Assembly (NCBI GenBank): GCA_965224245.1
Contig: OZ245046.1
Coordinates: forward strand, 3,552,001 to 3,616,000
Direction of reading: 5' to 3'
Origin: Candidatus Eiseniibacteriota bacterium
GTDB taxonomy: Bacteria; Eisenbacteria; RBG-16-71-46; CAZAMP01
Length of the DNA stretch: 64,000 bases
Shown: piece by piece, positions 57,732 through 64,000 of the stretch
Numbering within the stretch: the first letter of the stretch is position 1
Layout: every line of letters begins with the position of its first letter
The notes under the pieces: generated by a model
Seen by the model: the letters and a program-made list of their open reading frames with translations, nothing else
The model's database searches: none
Told to the model about the DNA's origin: nothing
Program-made: the position numbers and the translations under genes

Positions 57732-57740
57732 TGCTAGACT
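57732..57740 (+). promoter_or_regulatory. extended -10 element TGC-TAGACT
   Basis: 34 bp before the ATG at 57775. Confidence 0.5.
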
Positions 57741-57774
57741 GGCGCTTCACGTCCTCCCATCGAGGCTCACCGAC

Positions 57775-59352
57775 ATGTCTCTTCCGATCGTCGACGACGT
57801 CGCGTTCCCGGATGCAGTCCGCGTCGCCCGCCTCGCGAACGCCCCCGAGGGTGCCGAGGCGCGACGGCTCCGCGCTCTCGCCGGACGTCTCGACGAGCGC
57901 GCGGCTTCGGGTGACCCGACGACCTCGACCCGCGCCGCGACGCCTCCGATGCGCGTCACGCCCACGATCGTCGTCGCGAGCGCGGCGGGCGGACGTCCGA
58001 CACCCGAGGACCTCGTCGAGGCGGCATCGCGGCTGCCGGTCCTCGGCGAGCGACGTCATCTGCGTGTCCGGCGCGGCGGCGCTCCCGGCGTGGATGTCGC
58101 ACTCCCCGCCGCTCGGGACGCCTGGCCGGCGATTCTAGCGCAGGCCGCCTCGGACGCGCCGGCGCCCGGCACGCTCATCGAGAGCCCGACCCCGGATGCG
58201 GGCGAGGAGTGGCTCGTGCAGGGGATCACGGCCCGCGCTCACGGGGATCGCGTCTACCCCCTAGTCTCGGGCACCCTGCTGAGCACGAATGCCTACCCGA
58301 TCTCCTACATGTCGCCCGCCGACGGGGTCGCGCACGTCGTGCTGGGCCTCGGACAGGCGCACGACACGCGGGCCGACGCGCTGCGGTTCTCGCCGAAGCA
58401 CCCCGACCTGATGCCCGACTTCAGCACGCCGGCCGACGTGGCCAGGCACAGTCAACGACGCTTCGAGGCGTTCACCCCGGAGGGCCCGCGGCCGACCGCA
58501 CACGAGCTGGAGGTCGCCAGGGGAGACGGCACGCTGGCCAGGGTCGGCGGCGTCGTGTCGTGGGAGACCGGCACCGTGTACCCGGGTATTCGACGGCCCG
58601 GGATGCCGGTGGTCACGTTCGCGATGATGCGGCAGGGCACGCCGTTCTCCCTTCCGCTGCTGCTCACGGAGCTGCACGCGACGCTCACCACCGCGGCCTC
58701 GGTGGGCTTCGCGATCGCGGCGGATCCGCCGCTCGTGGTCGAGAGCCTGTTCGAGGCACCCGCATCGCCGCGCGGATCCGCCGTCGCCCAGACCGATCGG
58801 GACGTCACGGCCGACGAGGACATCGCGGTCGACGAGGACGCGGTGCTCGTGCGCTCGGCCACGGCGCTCGGGGTCGGAGCGTACCGCGACATCCGCGACG
58901 TCGTGTTCGTCACGCCATCCGGGTTCGACATCGCGCGATCCCGCGAGATGGGCGCCGCGATCGCCGAGGCCAACCGGACCTGTCAGGACGACGGACGCCG
59001 GTACGTGCTGATCGTCTCCGGTCGTCTCGGGTCCACCGACGAGTGGCTGGGGATCCCGCTGGACTGGGCCGACGTCTCCTCGGCGGCCGTGCAGGTGGAG
59101 GTCGCTCTGGAGGACTTCAACGTGGACGCCTCTCGCGGAACGCACTTCTTCCGGCAGATGGTCGTGAACCACGTGGGTTTCGTCCACGTCAGCCGCTCGG
59201 GCCGCGACGACGGGGTCGCGTGGGATCGACTCGAGGCCCTGGGCGCCCGGGACCTGGGGGCCGGCGTGCGTCACGCGCGCCTCGAGGCGCCGCTCGTGGT
59301 CCGGGCGGACGGCGTCGCTGGGCGCGCGCTCATCGCGCTCGGCGGGTCGTGA
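57775..59352 (+). CDS. divergent PEP/pyruvate-binding (PPDK_N-related) domain protein
   Basis: YPLVSG...NAYP...DG...LGLG, LRFSPKHP, GRLGSTDEWLGIP, SRGTHFF; the N-terminal part is poorly conserved. Confidence 0.65.
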   Translation: MSLPIVDDVAFPDAVRVARLANAPEGAEARRLRALAGRLDERAASGDPTTSTRAATPPMRVTPTIVVASAAGGRPTPEDLVEAASRLPVLGERRHLRVRRGGAPGVDVALPAARDAWPAILAQAASDAPAPGTLIESPTPDAGEEWLVQGITARAHGDRVYPLVSGTLLSTNAYPISYMSPADGVAHVVLGLGQAHDTRADALRFSPKHPDLMPDFSTPADVARHSQRRFEAFTPEGPRPTAHELEVARGDGTLARVGGVVSWETGTVYPGIRRPGMPVVTFAMMRQGTPFSLPLLLTELHATLTTAASVGFAIAADPPLVVESLFEAPASPRGSAVAQTDRDVTADEDIAVDEDAVLVRSATALGVGAYRDIRDVVFVTPSGFDIARSREMGAAIAEANRTCQDDGRRYVLIVSGRLGSTDEWLGIPLDWADVSSAAVQVEVALEDFNVDASRGTHFFRQMVVNHVGFVHVSRSGRDDGVAWDRLEALGARDLGAGVRHARLEAPLVVRADGVAGRALIALGGS

Positions 59353-60227
59353 CGCCGCGTACGAACATCCCGATTCCGAGGCGGCTCAGGCCGCCACCCC
59401 TCGAAACCCCCACCTCACGCGCACGCCGATCCGGCGTCGCCGTCGCCGCGCTGCTGGTAGCCGCGGCGCTGGCGCTCGCGTCGATGGCCGGCTGCGCCGG
59501 GCTCACGACGACCCGGGATCGGACGCTCGAGCCCGATCCGGGCCGGCGCGAGCAGGGCTCGCCAGTGGTCTCGGCGCTCACGAGCCCCACCACGTGGCTT
59601 CCCATCGGACTCGCGCTCGCGCTCCAGATCGACAACGCGGATCACCGCATCGGGCGGTGGGCCGACCGCGCGACGCCGGTCTTCGGCTCGCGACGGCGGG
59701 CCGCCGATGCCAGCGAGACGCTGAGGACGACGGCCGGCGCGCTGTGGATCGCCAGTGCGATCGCGATGCCATCCCCGAGGCGCGGCATCGGAGGCTGGCT
59801 CATCTCGAAGACCGAGCTCGCCGCCGTCGGTGCCGGTGCCAGCGCCCTCACCACCACCAGCGTGGAGATCCTCAAGCGCAACACCGGACGCGAGCGACCC
59901 GACGGCAGCAACGACCGGAGCCTGCCGTCGGGACACGCGGCCAGTGCGACCGTGTTCGTGACCCTGGCCTCCGCCAACGCGTCGCATCTGGGCCTGTCCC
60001 CGCCCATCGGGGTGCTCGTGCGGGCCGGCTGCGGGCTGTCGGCGGCCGGCGCGGCGTGGGCACGGGTTGAGGCCCGAAAGCACTACCCATCGGACGTGCT
60101 GGTGGGCGCCGCGATTGGCCACCTCCTGGGGTCGGCCCTGACGGGGCTCGTGGATCCCGCCCGGGACGGGCACGTCGCCATCCACGTCGCGACGGAGCCG
60201 CGGCTGTCGGTGGACGTCCGGTTCTAG
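59349..60227 (+). CDS. PAP2 family phosphatase
   Basis: LKRNTGRERP, SLPSGH, ARVEARKHYPSDV; GTGA overlap with the previous gene. Confidence 0.9.
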   Translation: MTPRTNIPIPRRLRPPPLETPTSRARRSGVAVAALLVAAALALASMAGCAGLTTTRDRTLEPDPGRREQGSPVVSALTSPTTWLPIGLALALQIDNADHRIGRWADRATPVFGSRRRAADASETLRTTAGALWIASAIAMPSPRRGIGGWLISKTELAAVGAGASALTTTSVEILKRNTGRERPDGSNDRSLPSGHAASATVFVTLASANASHLGLSPPIGVLVRAGCGLSAAGAAWARVEARKHYPSDVLVGAAIGHLLGSALTGLVDPARDGHVAIHVATEPRLSVDVRF

Positions 60228-60252
60228 TCGTGCCCGCCCCGCACGGCGCGTC

Positions 60253-61845
60253 TCATCTGACGACGACCATCCCGACCCTCGAGCGTGCGCCTCCGGCGTC
60301 GAGCGTGGCCCAGTAGACGCCACTCGCCCCGTGGGGCACGTCCCAGAGGATCGGTTCGCCCCCGGTCACCGCGAATCGGTCCACGCGACGGCCCGTCGCG
60401 TCGAAGACGCTCAACGTGCCGGCGCCCGTGGGTAGCGCATGGAACGTGAGCCGGGCCACGTCGCGAACCGGACTCGGCGAGACCCGGAGCGCGATACGCT
60501 CTCCGGACGCTCCGCCGGCCGGTGGGACGGCGACCGTCGCCGCATCGTAGCGGATCGTGCAGATGTCGAGGTTTCGGGGTACGCCGAGATCGCTGGCGCC
60601 GGCGACGATCACGTCACCGCCCCCGGTGAGCGCGATCGCCGTCGCCGAGTCGTCGCCGCCGGGACCCTCGTAGGTCGCCGACCAGACCTCCTGGCCGTCC
60701 GGATCCAGCCCGACGGTGAGAATGTCCTGGTCGCCCAGGAACCGGTAGCCGGTCAGATACCAGTTCCCGGCGGCGTCCACGGCCGACGCTTGCGGCCGCG
60801 CGTTTCCGCCCCCGCCGAAGTCGTAGGCCCACCGCTCGACCCCATTGGGGTCGTAGCTGACCACGAGGCCGCTCCAGCATCCGACGACCGTGTTCCCGGA
60901 CGCGTCGAGCGCAATCGTGCTCCCGACCTCGCCCGCGTGGGAGAAGCTCGACCACCGCTCGGTGCCGTCGGCGTCGTAGGAGACCGTGGTCAGGACATAC
61001 GTGCTGCCGGCACCGACGGTGTAGCCCGTCACGTAGGCGTTCCCGTCCGTGTCGACGGCCAGCGCGTGCGCGTGATCGTGGGAGTGGAGGCTGCCGTCCA
61101 CGAAGGCGACCCACTCCTGGTTGCCGGCGACGTCGTACTTGATCGTGACCCAGTCGTAGAAGCCCGAGGATCGGATGCTCTGACCCGTCACGTAGACGCT
61201 GCCGGCGGGCCCCAGCGCAACGTCGCCGGCGGAATCGGTCCCGTAGCCCCCGTGGTAGGTCGCACTCCAGGCGAGGGTTCCCTCGCGGTCGTAGGTCAGC
61301 GTGATCATGTCGGTCACGGTGCCGGGACTGTAGCTCCCGCCGACCACGTGAACGGTCCCGTCGGCGCCAACCGCCATGGCGGCCGCACCGTCTGTCCGGT
61401 CGGCGGGACCGTTCCAGCGTCGCGCCCAGAGCTCGATGCCATCCGGGTCGTACTTCACGGTGGCGACGTCGAGATCGGTCGTGGGGCCGGGGCTGGAGCC
61501 GCTCACGTACACGTTGTCGTCGGCGTCGACCGCGACGCCGACCGGCTCGTCGTTGAACGACAGCCCCGGACCGTTGTACCGGGCGACCCACACGAGCTCA
61601 CCGTTGCCGTCGAGCTTCAGCGTGGCGTACTCGTACGTGTAGTCGAATCCCGGGAGAAAGCCCAGGCTCTGGCCCGTGACGATGACGTGACCGCCGGAGT
61701 CGACGGTGACCGCGCGGCCGGTGTCGTGACCGCCGATGTTGTCGTAGAGCTCGACCCACTCCTCGATCACGTCGGCCGCCGCGGATACGACGAGGAGAGA
61801 GCCGAGGAGCCAGATCAGGATCGCGCGGCGAGTCCGGTGATGCAT
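60253..61845 (-). CDS. secreted SBBP-type beta-propeller repeat protein with FlgD-Ig/T9SS-like C-terminal domain
   Basis: Repeats VAVD..GNVYVTG...D..TIKYD..G...W; tail SPSP...FDATGRRV...WD...SGVY. Confidence 0.88.
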   Translation of the reverse strand: MHHRTRRAILIWLLGSLLVVSAAADVIEEWVELYDNIGGHDTGRAVTVDSGGHVIVTGQSLGFLPGFDYTYEYATLKLDGNGELVWVARYNGPGLSFNDEPVGVAVDADDNVYVSGSSPGPTTDLDVATVKYDPDGIELWARRWNGPADRTDGAAAMAVGADGTVHVVGGSYSPGTVTDMITLTYDREGTLAWSATYHGGYGTDSAGDVALGPAGSVYVTGQSIRSSGFYDWVTIKYDVAGNQEWVAFVDGSLHSHDHAHALAVDTDGNAYVTGYTVGAGSTYVLTTVSYDADGTERWSSFSHAGEVGSTIALDASGNTVVGCWSGLVVSYDPNGVERWAYDFGGGGNARPQASAVDAAGNWYLTGYRFLGDQDILTVGLDPDGQEVWSATYEGPGGDDSATAIALTGGGDVIVAGASDLGVPRNLDICTIRYDAATVAVPPAGGASGERIALRVSPSPVRDVARLTFHALPTGAGTLSVFDATGRRVDRFAVTGGEPILWDVPHGASGVYWATLDAGGARSRVGMVVVR

Positions 61846-62186
61846 GAGCGCACCTCCCGTGGTCGACCACCCCTCGTTCGGCGAGCGTTGACCCCATCAG
61901 GATAACGCCGTTGTGGTCCGCGAGCCCACCCGGATCGGACCGAGGCCCGGCAAGACGTGGGATCGGACCGCACCCGGGTGCGATCCGCTCCGATCGCATC
62001 CGTGGAGCGAGTCCGTGGGTCGGCGTGCGGCTCCCGAGCCCACGTGGACGTCGCACTCGCGGCCGCGGGCGAAGGGGAATGGTGCGCATGCATCATGGCC
62101 GCCGGGGACGCGCATGGGCGATGCTCGACCTCGGACGCCGCCCGATGTGCTCCCGGCCCGTGGGATGTCCCGCGAGGAACGAGGCG

Positions 62187-63479
62187 ATGCCGCTGACACG
62201 CCGCGAGAAAGAGCTCGCGAACATCGGTGCATCAGTCGCCACCGGCTGCAAGCCGTGCACGGACTTCCACGTGAACGCGGCTCGCAGGGCCGGTGCGTCC
62301 GACGCCGAGATGAAGCGCGCCATTTCGGACGCGATGGCGGTTCGCGACGATGCGCGCGAGATCATGGAGCGTCACGGGCTCGAGACGCTCGGCGCGTCCC
62401 GGTCGAGCCCCCGGCGGCCCCACCCCGAAGCGACCATCCGCATCACGGAGCTCGTCTGCATCGCCGCTGCGTTCGCGGTCAACTGCACCACGAACGTGAC
62501 GCGGCACGTCGCGGCGGCCAGGGCGCTCGGCGTTCAGGACGACGAGATCGAATCGATACTCGACGCGGCGCTGTTCATCAAGGGGGAGGCCGCGCACTAC
62601 GTGGGTCAGATCGTCAAGCTGAGGCAAGAGAAGGGCGAGCTGCAGCGATTGCTGGACGAGCTGGAGCGAACGCAGGCCCAGCTCGTTCAATCGGAGAAGA
62701 TGGCGGCACTCGGGAGACTCGTGGCCGGACTCGTCCACGAGGTGAACACACCCATCGGCGTGCTCGAGAGCGCGGCCGACACGCTGAACCGCGCCGCCGC
62801 GCGCATCGCCGCCGAGCTCGACGGTGGCGCGTCGCTCGACGCCAAGGGTTCGGGTCGGCAGCTTCGCAGATCGCTCGAGGCCGTACGCGAGGGGGGCCCG
62901 ACCGCGCAAGCCGCCGCCGAGCGGATCCGTCGGATCTTCGCGGCCCTCCGGAGCTTCGCTCACCTCGACGGTGCGCCCCGACGCCCGACGGATCTTCACC
63001 AGGGCCTCGAGGACACGCTGGCTCTGCTCGAGCACGACATCCCCGACGGGATCCGGATCTGCAGGGAGTACGGAGAGATCCCGAAGGTGACCTGCGACCG
63101 GGGCGAGGTCAATCAGGTGTTCATGAACCTCCTGACCAACGCGATCGCGGCGATCGATGCCGAGGGCACGATCACGATCGAGACCTCGGCGACCGGCGAC
63201 GAGGTCTCGGTCCGGATCACCGACACCGGCGTCGGAATCCCCGAGGTGACGCGGGAGACGCTGTTCGAGCCCGCCTTCGCCGCCACGGGAGGACGCGTGA
63301 AGGCCGGACTGGGCCTGTTCGCCAGTGCGAACATCGTACGCAAGCACGGGGGGCGGATGGACGTGCAGAGTGCGCCCGGTCGCGGGAGCTCGTTCACGAT
63401 CGTTCTGCCGACCCGTGCGCCCGAGCCGCGGGCCGCGGACTCCACGGACGAGACCTCTCGGTGCAGTCGCCTGCGCTGA
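62187..63479 (+). CDS. cytoplasmic histidine kinase with two N-terminal AhpD/CMD-like domains
   Basis: KELANIGASVATGCKPCTDFH and ELVCIAAAFAVNCTTNVTRH, then QLVQSEKMAALG.LVAGLVHEVNTP, NLLTNA, DTGVGI, GLGL. Confidence 0.88.
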   Translation: MPLTRREKELANIGASVATGCKPCTDFHVNAARRAGASDAEMKRAISDAMAVRDDAREIMERHGLETLGASRSSPRRPHPEATIRITELVCIAAAFAVNCTTNVTRHVAAARALGVQDDEIESILDAALFIKGEAAHYVGQIVKLRQEKGELQRLLDELERTQAQLVQSEKMAALGRLVAGLVHEVNTPIGVLESAADTLNRAAARIAAELDGGASLDAKGSGRQLRRSLEAVREGGPTAQAAAERIRRIFAALRSFAHLDGAPRRPTDLHQGLEDTLALLEHDIPDGIRICREYGEIPKVTCDRGEVNQVFMNLLTNAIAAIDAEGTITIETSATGDEVSVRITDTGVGIPEVTRETLFEPAFAATGGRVKAGLGLFASANIVRKHGGRMDVQSAPGRGSSFTIVLPTRAPEPRAADSTDETSRCSRLR

Positions 63480-63519
63480 CTTCCGCCGGCCCGTCCGGTG
63501 TCGGTGCGGTCCTCTCCGC

Positions 63520-64000
63520 TCAGCCCTCGAGGAGCACGCGCCGGAAGAACTCGATCGTTCGAGGCTGCTCGAAGTAGTTCGTGTGATGCACGCCCTCGGT
63601 CTCGTGAAACGTGCAGATACGATCGACGTCCGAGATCCGGAGCTCCTTTGCCAGGTCGGTCATCGAGTCGGTATCGACGACGAGATCGTTCGGAGCCCGG
63701 AACAAGAGATCCGCCCCGAGGTCCGCGAGCCGCTCCTTCGGATCCTGGAACACGCGCCAGAACCGCCAGCCGATCGGCGGAGGCTCGAACTCGCCCCTCA
63801 CGACGTAGTACTCCGGCGGTCGCCTCCCCTGCTCGAGCCCTTCGCGAAGCCGTCGAATGCCCGGGTTGTCGCTCGTACGTCCCTGGCCGACCAGTCCCGG
63901 AATCGCCGAGATGGTCGCATCGAAGATGGGCGTCTTCGCCGCGACCTTCGTCACGGTCGTGATCACGCGCATGATGCCGGTGACGGCCGTCAAGATCGGC
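63520..64000 (-). CDS. C-terminal part of a probable alpha/beta-hydrolase-fold protein; 5' end outside the window
   Basis: Open to the window edge; NDLVVDTDSM and VHHTNYF resemble the Asp and His of a lipase-type triad. Confidence 0.5.
   Translation of the reverse strand, partial: PILTAVTGIMRVITTVTKVAAKTPIFDATISAIPGLVGQGRTSDNPGIRRLREGLEQGRRPPEYYVVRGEFEPPPIGWRFWRVFQDPKERLADLGADLLFRAPNDLVVDTDSMTDLAKELRISDVDRICTFHETEGVHHTNYFEQPRTIEFFRRVLLEG

Noticed and set aside
61860-62180. Short GGATCGGACCG repeats and hairpins in the divergent intergenic region, considered as an ncRNA or array
   Set aside because: Only two short copies with no regular spacing and no recognisable RNA family.

Overview
A 64-kb, very GC-rich bacterial chromosomal window with about 45 protein-coding genes. 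I saw no rRNA, tRNA, CRISPR array or transposase. Fibrobacter-type LexA boxes, a b558-type sdhCAB operon and six secreted proteins with a FlgD-Ig/T9SS-like C-terminal domain suggest an FCB-group relative such as Eisenbacteria, Latescibacteria or Krumholzibacteria (inference). Housekeeping genes include hflKC, sdhCAB, an EF-G paralog, rnr, selB, murA and M16/M42/M1 peptidases. The best candidate for an undescribed system is at 21.4-30.1 kb: an ECF sigma, a soluble zinc anti-sigma-like protein and a TPR-CHAT (caspase-like) protease with no CRISPR context. A shared putative promoter, GGTATYW-N14-N-G(C/G)nTC(C/T) with exactly 15 bp between the hexamers, occurs four times there, ahead of the anti-sigma/CHAT genes, a secreted subtilase, a YceI protein and a lipoprotein cytochrome c. 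The last two flank a Cyc2-like cytochrome-porin gene. Other highlights are a LexA-box-controlled cassette (lexA, DUF6504-like, inactive Y-polymerase, DUF72, MrfA-like helicase) and a tandem AhpD/CMD-domain histidine kinase. Family names come from motif recognition only; no database search was run.
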